Positions 22,998 through 34,211 are shown, counted from the stretch's first letter. The stretch: 40,064 nt of DNA from Octopus bimaculoides (GCF_001194135.2 NC_069002.1:26423107-26463170); one strand, 5' to 3'. Translations and numbers: made by a program. The notes: generated by a model not told the origin, from the letters alone.

Positions 22998-23509
22998 TTC
23001 TGGTGGCCATAACAGATGGTTCTTGTCCATCAACAATATAAATAAAAGTAATTTTATGCACTAGAAGTCCATATGAGGATCCTCTGATGGTAAATAATGC
23101 ATTATTTTGTGTTCTAACAAAACATTGAAGTTAAGTTGGGAATAAAGATTGCCTTTTCATATCGATACTGCTCCTGTCACTATTAATTATTTTTTACAAT
23201 TATAATCCCAATAACCCTAATGACTAACTCACATGTCTTCATTATTCAATCATTATTACTGGGGATTAAACGTTTAATCTTAGTCCAGTTTAGTCAGTCA
23301 CCACTGTTATGCAATAACTGATTTAGTCTAATCAATCAACGAATCACTGCTGCTGCCCCAATTAATGATTTAGCAAAAAACCCCACGGGGGTCATGTTAG
23401 TATGTAATGGGAAAACACTTAGAAAAATATGTTTGTGTGTGTGTGTGTGTGTGTATCTACATTAACCTACTTTAACATTCATAATTTGTGTGATGAATAA
23501 TGATTTCTT

Positions 23510-23946
23510 AAGTGCAGTAGTGGTGGCGATGATGGTGGTTGTTGTAGTGGTAGTAGTGGTGGTGGTGGTGGTGGTGGTGGTGGTGGTGGTGGTGGTAGTT
23601 AGTTGTGGAAGGGGACACTGATTCTAAATTTCATTAGCAGCTTCCATTCTCTTCTGTTTCACCATTACCATCATGATCATCACCACCACCACAACCACCA
23701 TTGTTGTCATTGTTCTTGCCATCATCGTCATCATCATCATCATCATCATCACCATCATTGTCACTGTCATCATCATCACTATCACAACCCTGATCTTCGT
23801 TGTTGTCACCACCACCATCATCATCATCATCACCACCACCATCATCACCACCACCACCATCACTACCACGACCTCCACCACCACCACCACCATCATCACC
23901 ACCATCATCATGATCACCACCAGCCCATCATCATCATCATCATCAT
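23510..23946. repeat. (GGT)n tract followed by degenerate (CAT)/(CAC) tract
   Basis: Simple trinucleotide repeats; source of the poly-His pseudo-ORF. Confidence 0.9.
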
Positions 23947-24289
23947 GTCAGTGCTAGTAACCTCCTTCATTAGTACTCCTCATTTGAAGTATTCTCTTCC
24001 TGTAATAAAAAAAGAAAAATATGAAACATTATTTATTACATTTTTACGATATTTTTTTATTGGTNNNNNNNNNNCCGTTTCATTTTGCTGACTTTTCATT
24101 TAATTACCTTCAGGTAGATAACATGTACCTGCAATCATCAACATTTCTGTCATCACTTAGTGTCATTTTCGGCGCTAGATGTGAAGAATGTCATCAAACT
24201 ATTAGCACTAAAAGCACCATTTTTAGCAACACCAAAAAGTCCTTTGTGCCTTACGTTACCTTCAGTCACCATTTATCATCATCATCATG

Positions 24290-24668
24290 CAGGAGTGGCT
24301 GTGTGGTAAGTAGCTTGCTTACCAACCACATGGTTCTGGGTTTAGTCCCACTACGTGGAACCTTGGGCAAGTGTCTTCTGCTACAGCCTCAGGCCAACCA
24401 AAGCCTTGTAAATAGATTTGGTAGACGAAAATGGAAAGAAGCCCATCATATATATGTGTGTGTATGTGTCTGTGTTTATTCCCCAACCCCCACCATTGCT
24501 TGACAACCGATGCTGGTGTGTTTACGTCCTTGTAACTTGGTGGTTCAGCAAAAGGTACCGATAGAATAAGTACTAGGCTTACAAATAATAAGTGCTGGGG
24601 TTGATTTGTTTGACTAAAGGCAGTGCTCCAGCAGGGACGCATTCATATGACTAAATCAATTGAAAGAA
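24290..24668 (+). mobile_element. SINE family B, full length (tRNA head, CORE-like CCTTGGGCAAGTGTCTTCT, internal (TG)n, tail)
   Basis: GCAGGAGTGGCTGTGTGGTAAG..GGGTTTAGTCCCACT..AAAGGCAGTGCTCCAGCA; resembles the octopus OR2-type CORE SINE (family name is inference). Confidence 0.85.
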
Positions 24669-24861
24669 TATATATATATATATATAGATATATATAATTC
24701 AATCTCTGAGCAAGATGTAGACTGTAGCAATATGGAATCGTAACATGTAATTGCCAACCAAGTGTGGCGTCCTATACAGGACAGTGGAACTGGCGTTTAT
24801 AGCCCCAGGAAGACATCTCTTCCAGCTGGCTAAAGACACACATTCTGTGTCCGATTAGGAT

Positions 24862-24904
<43 letters not shown>

Positions 24905-24920
24905 AAGAAGNNNNNNNNNN

Positions 24921-24965
<45 letters not shown>

Positions 24966-25222
24966 AAGAAGTGAAAGGGGTATAATGAACCTTCCATGAG
25001 GAATAGAATACCTAATGTTTCAGATGCAATCCTTTCTCAGGGGGTAAGAGAAAAAGAGAAGTTGAAGAAAGACAAACATGCTTTCAGTTTGATAAATGAT
25101 TGCATTTGAAATGAATGTTCTTCTCCTCATGGCAAGCTTACTGTACCTCTTTCTCTCCCTCAATATTTTTTCAAGTTTTGCCGACATAGAGCTATACAAG
25201 ATTCCTAGTAGTTTGCTTTGCC

Positions 25223-25258
<36 letters not shown>

Positions 25259-25307
25259 TATATATATACATACATATATATGCAAAAATGCTAGTCCTAA
25301 TATCTCT

Positions 25308-25770
25308 CTAAGAGATCAATGCAGTAGCTGTCCATGGCTGTCCATTCAAGCGGATTCTACTGCAATTTTTTTAACCCCAAGCGGACATCTCCTCTAGCTG
25401 GTTAATGATGCACAGCTGCATCAGATAAAATTGCGAGGAGAGCGAACCCCTACCATCTCCTGGCGACGGGACCAGTAGACCAGTCCTGGTTTCGGGCTAT
25501 TTTTTCTGCCACTCATCAGTACTGGACACCTCATCTGTCAGAGATGATAGCAGCTCGCTTCTGCCTCCAATATATATATTTCAAGCGAACAACAGAGTCA
25601 CTGATTTTGCAACAAGCAATCTAAGAGATCAACGCAGTAGTTGTACTGACAAGAAATATTTGTAGCCATTTTAACATGGCTGTCCGTTTGAGCAGAGTCT
25701 ACTGCAATTTTTTAACCTGCAAGAGGACATCTCCTCTGCTACAAGAGATGTCCTCTTGGGGTTAAAAATT
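25308..25770 (-). mobile_element. retrozyme-like element: one ~342 nt monomer + partial direct repeat + short 5' inverted end
   Basis: Direct repeats 25308-25395 and 25621-25737; inverted 25706-25733 vs 25745-25770; HHR between the repeats. Confidence 0.8.
25472..25525 (-). ncRNA. near-canonical type I hammerhead ribozyme, GUC cleavage (between 25478 and 25477)
   Basis: CCAGTA-CTGATGA-G(T)GGC agaaaaaata GCCC-GAAA-CCA ggac TGG-TC/TACTGG. 6 bp stem I, 4 bp stem II with a bulge, 4 bp stem III with tetraloop, intact core. Confidence 0.88.
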
Positions 25771-25772
25771 TT

Positions 25773-25807
<35 letters not shown>

Positions 25808-25831
25808 TGAGAGATAGAGAGAGAGAGAGAT

Positions 25832-26005
25832 ATGGTTGGTCTATGGGGTTACCCTGGGTTTCACATCTCTCTTGCTATGGCCTATTCTAGCAAGTGACTT
25901 CTTGTTAGAGAAACCATGGGCCAACAGGTTTAGCGTCTGAAGTAGTGCTGTGACACTAAGTGCTTGATGGGTATGGAACCCAGGGTAGCCCCATAGACTG
26001 GCCAT
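25832..26005. mobile_element. 174 bp element with ~31 bp terminal inverted repeats (MITE-like)
   Basis: ATGGTTGGTCTATGGGGTTACCCTGGGTTTC / GGAACCCAGGGTAGCCCCATAGACTGGCCAT. Confidence 0.6.
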
Positions 26006-26087
26006 GGCCATCTTTATACATATGCTCTACTGCTTCTTTTTTGGATATATGATTTACTGATGATATATATATATATATATATATATA

Positions 26088-26186
26088 TACGACGGGCTTC
26101 TTTTAGTTTCCATCTACCAAATCAATTGACAAAACTTTGGTTGGCCTGACACTATTGCAAAAGTAACTTGCCCAAGGTGCCATGCC
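26088..26186 (-). mobile_element. SINE family B fragment
   Basis: GACGGGCTTCTTTTAGTTTCCATCTACC..CTTGCCCAAGGTGCCA. Confidence 0.75.
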
Positions 26187-26699
26187 TGTGTATATTCATT
26201 TATGCCTATGTGTGTTGCAATTCGTTTTCCTTTTAATGCAATAGAATAAATCTCTCTCTCTCTCTCATCTCAAGGCCACAGTTGTCCATTAACGAAATGA
26301 TTGCAGAATAATTAAGAGAAACAGGATGTGTTACTAATGATGCTAAGGTTCTGGTACAACCTTGAAGAAACCTTATTTTTCCTGAAAATTCTTCCTTTCT
26401 GTGTTTTTATTTTTTGCCGACATCAGTGTCATAGTTTGCGAGTCTCTCATTGGCTGATCTCTGTCGTCGTCATCATCTTTGGTGTTGCTACTGCAGCTGC
26501 ATTTCCTGTTTCCAGTCCTCATCTGTTTCCAAGAATTGTGATACCCATTTCCTCCCCTGGTCCTTTGAACATGAACGGAACAAAGGCCAGACATGCCTTC
26601 ACAGAAGATTGTAAATGAATCACACTGCTTGTATGATGGCGATGTTCGTTTACAACTAGCTTGTGGTGTCAAGGCAAAGTGACCCTATCACACATGTAC

Positions 26700-27054
26700 A
26701 TCCATGCACACACACACACACACACACATACACACACACATACATACTCACAAATATCACACACGCGCACACATACATACACAGAAATATCACACGCACA
26801 CACATACATACACATAAATATCACACGGTGATGCACACACACACACAAATGCATGCATATATACACAAATATCAGACAGATGCACACACATTCACACACA
26901 CACATACATATACACAAATATCACATATATAGAAACACATATACACAAATATCACATACATAGACTCACACACATACACACACACCCACACACAAACATA
27001 CACACCACAAATATCCTACACACCACACACATACACACACAAACATTACACACA

Positions 27055-27090
<36 letters not shown>
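26700..27090. repeat. CA-rich minisatellite with recurring CACAAATATCACAC (~30 bp period)
   Basis: The motif recurs at least 7 times. Confidence 0.8.
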
Positions 27091-27097
<7 letters not shown>

Positions 27098-27099
<2 letters not shown>

Positions 27100-27238
27100 C
27101 TTCTTTCAGCATCCTCCTGTTTCAAATCCAATCTACTCTCAAGGCTTTGTTCCACCTGGGGCTATAGTCGAAAACACTTGAATGTACCTACCAGTGGGAC
27201 TGAACCGGGCATCACATGGTTCTTAAACCACACAGCCC
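27098..27238 (-). mobile_element. SINE family B head
   Basis: CTTCTTTCAG..CAAGGCTTTG..GTGGGACTGAACC..CACACAGCC. Confidence 0.7.
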
Positions 27239-27934
27239 TAACCCCTGCACCTAAATTTCTAAATATATACCACAGAGATTAAGATGGGACCAAATTTTGA
27301 AATCCTTCCTATAATTCCTTCCGAAATCTGGAATGGAAATATTTAATTTATTCCGATTTCATTGATATTTTACTAAGGAATGGATTTCTGTTGGTCCACT
27401 TCCTACCTTTCATAATGAAACCATCGAAGAAGCTAATCGCAACCACAAACGCCTTTGTTCCGATTGTTTTCTGTCCGACAGACTCTTTGTCATTCTGTCT
27501 GTCTGTGCGTCTATCTCTCTTCCATTTGCACATTTGTTTACATCAAATGCCATAGTCTTTCTCTAGTTATTACCTTTCATTTCTCTTGAGAGGCTTCAAT
27601 AAACACAAATGCCATTTCCATATACGCCACAAGTGAATAAGGATTACTTTACAAGCACATAATGCATGTATGTATGCTCGACCGACTATAGAGATTTAAA
27701 GGTCATTGTATTGACCTTAGTGAGTAGCACTTGCTGTTTTATTATGCATGTGTGCATGCATGGTCGTCCGCAGAGATTTAAAAATTAGGTCGGGGATATA
27801 AAGTTTGCAATTTGCTTGAAAGCACATGTTCTTCTTTCACGTGTGATAATATTATATATATATGTATGTGTATATATTTATGTATGTATGTGTGTGTATT
27901 TATGTATATGCATGTGGAAAGCGACAGAGAGATA

Positions 27935-28002
27935 GAGAGGGAGAGCATTGTGTGGGGAGAGAGAGGGAGAGCATTGTGTGGGGAGAGAGAGGGAGAGCAT
28001 TT
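27935..28002. repeat. 26 bp tandem repeat x ~2.7 (GGGAGAGCATTGTGTGGGGAGAGAGA)
   Basis: GCATT at 27945, 27971 and 27997. Confidence 0.9.
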
Positions 28003-28298
28003 TGAGTCTCTGTCGTAGAGAAAGCTAGTAAGCGTGTGTGTGTTTGTGTGTGTGTGTCTTCAATGTAGACCAAAATTAATGGAGGAAATCTGTTAAAATG
28101 TTAAGGTACCTGAATAAATGTGTTTGATACTGTTTATTCCAATATCTCCTGAGTTCAACTCCCACCCAGGCAGGTTGACTTTATCCTTCACCCCTCCAGG
28201 GGTTTCAGTGAAATATGTTACCAATAATATTACCAATGAGTTGGTGCTACCACTTCATTAGTTTTTGACTGCCCCCCCCCCCACATGTATATATACTG

Positions 28299-28502
28299 CT
28301 TTCAAATTTTGGCACAAGGCCAGCAATTTTGTGGGAAGGTATAGGTTGATGAGATCAACCCCAGTACTCAACTGGTCCTCATCTTATTGACCTCAAAAGG
28401 ATGAAAGGCATAGTCGACCTAAGCAGAATTTGAACTCAGAACACAAAGACGGGAAAAAATGTCGCTAAGCATTTTGCTAACGATTCCGCCAGCTTGCTGC
28501 TT
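28299..28502 (-). mobile_element. SINE family A
   Basis: TTCAAATTTTGGCACAAGGCC..GAATTTGAACTCAGAA..GCCAGCTTGC. Confidence 0.85.
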
Positions 28503-28657
28503 TTGGTGATGATGGCATTGATGCTGATGCAAATGTTTATGAGGATGGTGATGATGATGATGATGATGATATGATGCCAAGCACAATAAGAATATTAATG
28601 TGTCCTCACACTGCTGGTCAGTTGTGACAGTGGACACCATTTTACCCATCGTATTCT

Positions 28658-29040
28658 CCCTTTCATTTGTTTCAGTCATTAGACTGCTGCCATGCTGGGG
28701 CACCCCTTTGAAGAATTCTTAGTCAGATGAATCAACCCACACACCCCTTTCCCCGGTACTATTTTGGGGGTTCTTTTAAGCCTGGTGCTTATACTATCGA
28801 TCTCTTTTGCCGATCCGGTAAGCTACGAGGATGTAAACACACCAACACCAGTTGTCGAACAGTGGTGGAGGACAAACATGGACACAAACACACACACACG
28901 ATGAGCTTCTTTCAGTTTCCATCTCCTGAATCCAATCACAAGGCTAAATAGTAGAAGACACTTGCTCAGGGTGCCACACAGTGGGACTGAACCTAGAACC
29001 AGGTGGTTGGGAAGCAAACTTCCTAATTCACACCCATGCC
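28658..29040 (-). mobile_element. SINE family B
   Basis: Collinear with other B copies. Confidence 0.8.
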
Positions 29041-30657
29041 TTTTGAGTAACACTGGAACTTTTGACAGCATGAATAACATCAGGAAATATGGCAGGCATC
29101 CAATAATTATGAATTTTATTTTTGTTAAATTTCTTGGTGCTTACAGACAATAAGGAAATAAGAAATACTAATTTTCCCCCAAAATGCTTATTATTCTGTC
29201 ATTCACTGAGGATCTGGCTTGGTCAACAGTTCATGCTGATTGACCACAAGCCAGATGGTCACAGCAGATGAGGAGGTATCTTGCAGAGACGATGGGAACT
29301 GACTGGAACTCTGCTCAATCGGTCGCCTGAGAGAACCCAGGAATATACTGACAAATGGTGAATGCAGCAACTTATTGCAATGGCACATGACCCCATACCT
29401 GACCTAAGCTGACCTGGCATTTAGTGTCTCCAGCGGTGTCATTAATCATTCATTCTGAATTGGTACTTTTGTTTGGCTTTTTATTAACTCCTGAAAGGAT
29501 GAAATGGGATTCGAACTCTGAGTACAGAGATTCAGTAAATATACTGCAAGGCATCCAGTCTGATGTTCTTACAATTCATGTAACCCATAGCCTTGGGTTG
29601 ATATCTTTTTTGTTGACCCCTAAAAGGATAAAAGGATAAGTTGACCTTATCAGGATTTGAACTCAGAGAGCAGAAAGTTGAAACTTATACTGCAAGGAAT
29701 TCTATCCAACACTATAAGGATACTGCCAATTTTGAACTGCCAATTGGAACGGTCTACTCAAGTCTAGTGTTGGTCTGCCTTTGGGCAGGTCCTGTGCATG
29801 TTAACCTCCAGCATTCTCTATATGATCTAGGAGGGCCCATATCCTACCCTGGCACAGTTAAGGAGATAACTGGAACTATGACCATCCATGACTAGACTTG
29901 GGATAAATACTGGAAAGGTTTCTCATTGTCTTCTCCAGGCAGCTGGGATTTGAACTCAGAATGTAGAGCTGGAATATATACTGCGAAGCATTCCTGCCAG
30001 CGATTCTGGCACTCTCCCACCCATTAGCACAATGTCAAATGAAGTGTTTTGCTCAAGAACACCACATGTCACCCTGTCCAAGAATTGAACACATGGTCTG
30101 ACAATTTGCAAGAGCAACTCCTTAATCACTATGTGCCTTCACTATGGAACGGTGACACTGTTGAAATATTTTCCATTGTTATCACAGATTTGGCAGTTTC
30201 ACTTTCAGGTCATTGTCCATTGGGACAATCATAATCTAGATTCTTTTTTTTCTTTGCCTTCCATTTATTTTTTTCAAAAGCAGAAGAATTTCTCTGAAAT
30301 ACTTTCTTTCATTTCAAAATTCTGCTTCCATTTCCATCAACACATGCGATGAGGAGTTAACATCATATTTCACCATATTTACTTCTCCTGTCACGTATAT
30401 TCCAGCAGAATTATTTTATTTTTTTCCATTTTCAGCAAATAATGTGTGTGGCTTTATGCATGTCTGTGTGTTTTTATAGGCATGCATTCATTATATTCTG
30501 TGCATGTGTGTGTGTGTTTGTGCATGTACACTTTTGCACGTCTATGCTTGCATGATTATATTAATAGGAAACAGCTTATTTTCAAGTCAACACATTAAAA
30601 CTCTCCAAAATGGTGCCCCATCACAGTATCATGATGCACAATATTGTGCACCATACA

Positions 30658-30867
30658 AGACAGCGAGCTGACAGAATCGTCAGCTCGTTGGGCAAAGGCT
30701 TGGTAGCATCATCTTTATACATTCTGTGTTCAAATTCTACCTAGGTTGATTTTACCATTCATCCTTTGGGGGTCGGTAAAATAAGTCCCAGTTGAAGACT
30801 GGGGGTCAATGTAATCAACTAACCCCCCCCTCCCCAAATTGCTGGCCTTGTGACGAAATTTGAAGCC
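30658..30867 (+). mobile_element. SINE family A
   Basis: CAGCGAGCTGACAGAATCG..GTTCAAATTC..GAAATTTGAAGCC. Confidence 0.8.
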
Positions 30868-31360
30868 AATATTGTGCATCATACATAATATGGTGCACAA
30901 TACATACTGCAGTGCATTGTATGCACAACATGATCTGCCATACATGACATGGTGCATAATACATGCTGCAATGCATTGTATGCAAAATTTGGTGCACCAT
31001 ACATAATATGATGCATTTTGTACAGGATATTGTGCATCACTTACAATATGATGTGCTTAACACATAAAAGTGCAGCATATGCAATATGATGTACTAGACA
31101 CAGTATGGTGCTATGCACAATATCATACACCATGTATAGTCCGTTGTCCCATGTATAGTCTAGTGTACATGCACACTGTGGCATATTATGTAGTATGTGC
31201 AGTTTAGTACATCATACATGGTCTGGTGCATCATACATTGTCATATGCATTATACACAGAGTGGCACACCATACATAGTTGTGATGTGCCATACATCATT
31301 GACTAAGCCATACATAACATTGTGTCCTACACACATCTTGGTATATCAGACACAATATGA

Positions 31361-31570
31361 TTTTCTTTTCTAACTCTAGGCACAAGGCCTGAAATTTGGT
31401 GGGAGGGAGCCAGTCAGTTAGATCGACCCCAGTATGCAACTGGTTTTTAATTTATCGACCTCGAAAGAATAAAAGACAAAGTCGACCTTGGCGGAATTTG
31501 AACCCAGAATGTAGCGATGGACGAAATACCACTAAGCATTTTGTCCAGCGTGCTAACAATTCTGCCAGTT
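31361..31570 (-). mobile_element. SINE family A
   Basis: Family A consensus; TCAGACACAATA is repeated on both sides. Confidence 0.85.
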
Positions 31571-31904
31571 AATGACTCTGTCAGACACAATACATCACGC
31601 TCACTCTAGCATGAAATCTATACATGGCTGTGGAAGAAAATCTTCCGAAATGCAGCTAGTGATGTCAGGCAACCGGTAATTGTATCTTCTTGAAACAATT
31701 GTTTTATCTTCTTTTTGAAGTTTGCATCATGGTTTGGTTAAGGTTGAGTCTGTTGCACATTGTCTATTTGCTGTCGGAATGTTTATAAACAATGGTAAAT
31801 CTAGGAGTTTCGTTCACACCTTACTATATGGTGCATCATGCTCGTTGTTGTACACCAAGCAATATATTGCCCTACTTACAATCTGCAGTGCAGTGTATAG
31901 TGTA

Positions 31905-32116
31905 CTCTTTTATTTGTTTCAGTCATTTGACTGCAGCCATGCTGGAGCACCGCCTATTAGTCGAAGTAATCAACCCCAGGACTTATTCTTTGTAAGCTTG
32001 ATACTTATTCTATCGGTCTTTTTTGCCGAACCACTAAGTTACAGGGACATAAACACACCAGCATCAGTTGTCAAGCGACAGTAGGGGTGACAAAGACATG
32101 CACATAGATATATACA

Positions 32117-32153
<37 letters not shown>

Positions 32154-32305
32154 NNNNNNNNNNCTTCTTTCAGTTTCCATCTACTAAATCCACCCACAAG
32201 GCTTTGGTCGGCCTGAGAACACATGCCCAAGGTACCACACAGTGGGACTGAACCGGGAACCATGCAGTTAGGAAGCAAGCTTCTTATTACACTGCCATGC
32301 CTGCA
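31905..32305 (-). mobile_element. SINE family B
   Basis: Family B consensus with an internal TA tract and a 10-N gap. Confidence 0.8.
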
Positions 32306-33199
32306 CCATACATTATATGGGGCAGTATATATAATGTGTTGCATCATCCTGAAAATGAAATAAAACTTCATCAGAAACAGCCAAATCATCAATGAAGTCC
32401 GTCCAGACTCAACAAACAGTAAAGGTTGATAGTTTAAACTAAGATGAAAGTAAGAAGTGACTTGTGGTTCTTTGCTTGTTAATGTCAGGCTTACAGACCC
32501 CACTGTTCTGGCTTCTCTGGTTCCATGTTAGTCTTCTACTTTATAAACATCTCCATTCCAACGCTGTTTCACTGCCAATCTCGCCAGGAAATTATTTCAT
32601 TTCAGAAGTTAATTATTTTACTGACAAGAAAAGCAATTTGTGAAAGTCAAGACTAAACAAAGTAAAATAAAAAAAAAATAATGATAGAGACCAAGAATAG
32701 TGAAGGAATGAAACTTTAAGAGAGAGAGAGGAAGAATAGGAGAATGAAAGAGAGAAAGAGAATGAGAGAGAGAGGGGTTCGAGAGAGCGAGAGGGAGTAT
32801 GTGTTAATATGTGTGCTTAGAGTTGAAAACTTGTTCGAAAGAGGAAATATTTGATGGTCTTCAGATTAAATTACTAATGAAAGAACTGCTATTTCTTCAC
32901 GCTTTGGAAACAAATGGAAATCATGAACAGCATACATCTAAGAAGTTGTCACATATTTTACTGACAGAATTACAGGTACCAGCTACAGAGGTCTTGTTTT
33001 CATTTTACGTTTACTTGACAGATTTTGCAAGAAATACACGTCATTCCTCAAAACCTGTTGGCACTAAGAAATGGTAGATGGCGCTAATAACATTAACAGC
33101 CCGCTACTCTAAGTGTTTATAAATTGATTGTACTGCTAATGTTAATTGCTAACTGTGGATGGTGTTAATACAGGTTGTGTTAATAATATTAACTTATCG

Positions 33200-33564
33200 A
33201 CAGCATTTCATCTGTCTTTACATTCTGAGTTCAAATTCTGCTATGGTTGACTTAGCCCTTTATCCTTTCAGGGTTGATAGATTTAGTACCAGTTTACTCC
33301 GAAATTGCTGGCCTTGTGCCAAAATTTGAAATCAGTATTTCTTTGATTTAAAGCAGCAAGCTTGGCAGAATTGTTAGCATACCGGGTGAATTGTTTAGTG
33401 GCATTTTGTCTGTCTTTGTGTTCTGAGTTCAAATTCCACCCAGGCTGACCTTACCTTTCATCCTTTCGGGGGTCAATAAAATAAGTGCCAGCCAAGCACT
33501 GGGGTTGATGGAATCGACTTGCTCCCCTGCCCTGAAATTGAGGGCTTTGTGCCAAAATTTAAAA

Positions 33565-33566
<2 letters not shown>
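33200..33566 (+). mobile_element. two tandem SINE family A copies (33200-33333 partial; 33351-33566)
   Basis: Two TTCTGAGTTCAAATTC..AAAATTT(G/A)AAA units. Confidence 0.8.
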
Positions 33567-33623
<57 letters not shown>

Positions 33624-33635
33624 TGAAACCATATA

Positions 33636-33792
33636 TACACTCTCGGAGTGGTTGGCGTTAGGAAGGGCATCCAGCTGTAGAAACTCTGCCAAATCAGATT
33701 GGAGCCTGGTGTAGCCATCTGGTTCACCAGTCCTCAGTCAAATCGTCCAACCCATGCTAGCATAGAAAGCGGACGTTAAACGATGATGATGA
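33636..33792 (+). mobile_element. family D element (RTE-like tail), young
   Basis: GGAGTGGTTGGCGTTAGGAAGGGCATCCAGC..CCAACCCATGCTAGCATAGAAAGCGGACGTTAAACGATGATGAT. Confidence 0.8.
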
Positions 33793-33820
33793 TATATATG
33801 TATGTATGTATGTATATATA

Positions 33821-34045
33821 CTGTTGTGTCTGGGGAGAGTCATTCTCTTTTGGTGCCTTATAATTTAAAACACTCACTGGTAAAATTTCCACTTATTTCT
33901 TTTTTATTTTTCTAAAATTTTCATTGTGTTGAAAGACGCAACGAAAATTGTTGAAAAATAAAAGAAATAATAAGTGGAAATTTTACCGGTGAGTGTTTTA
34001 AATTATAAGGCACCAAAAGAGAATGACTCTCCCCAGACACAACAG
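33821..34045. repeat. 225 bp near-perfect foldback (~110 bp arms, GAAA loop)
   Basis: The outer ~75 bp of the arms has 1 mismatch; the inner ATTGTGTT/GACGCAAC pairing shows CpG-type decay. Confidence 0.9.
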
Positions 34046-34171
34046 AACATGCTTCAACACATGAACTCACATAAAGACTCTTGCAAACCAAATCCAAAAN
34101 NNNNNNNNNCAGAACATGCTTCAACACATGAACTCACATAAAGACTCTTGCAAACCAAATCCAAAATCGAA

Positions 34172-34211
<40 letters not shown>

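Larger units (their letters stand above)
22088..23190 (+). mobile_element. non-LTR retrozyme-like array: inverted partial monomer (22088-22290) + ~2.6 tandem ~345 nt monomers
   Basis: AGCAGAYGGTTCT anchors at ~22322, 22668 and 23011. HHRs at 22123-22169 (-), 22608-22654 (+) and 22951-22997 (+). Confidence 0.8.
30620..32345. repeat. diverged quasi-palindromic minisatellite (TGCACCATACA / TATGGTGCA) interrupted by three SINEs
   Basis: Dense motif recurrence at 30870-31360, with remnants at 30620-30657, 31825-31900 and 32300-32345. Confidence 0.7.

Noticed and set aside
22310-23190. Repeated exon or CRISPR-like array interpretation of the 345 bp tandem
   Set aside because: GTAAGT/GTAAAT donors recur but all frames have stops. 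There are no unique spacers, and the HHR explains the unit.
23603-24091. Poly-His ORF (also 19425-19817)
   Set aside because: It is a degenerate CAT/CAC repeat open in several frames on both strands, with no coding evidence.
24290-24360. tRNA genes at SINE heads
   Set aside because: They have A/B boxes but no full cloverleaf and continue into SINE bodies.
34045-34166. ~55 bp direct repeat around a 10-N gap (similar at 24865-24970)
   Set aside because: An identical sequence on both sides of a placeholder gap indicates an unmerged contig overlap.
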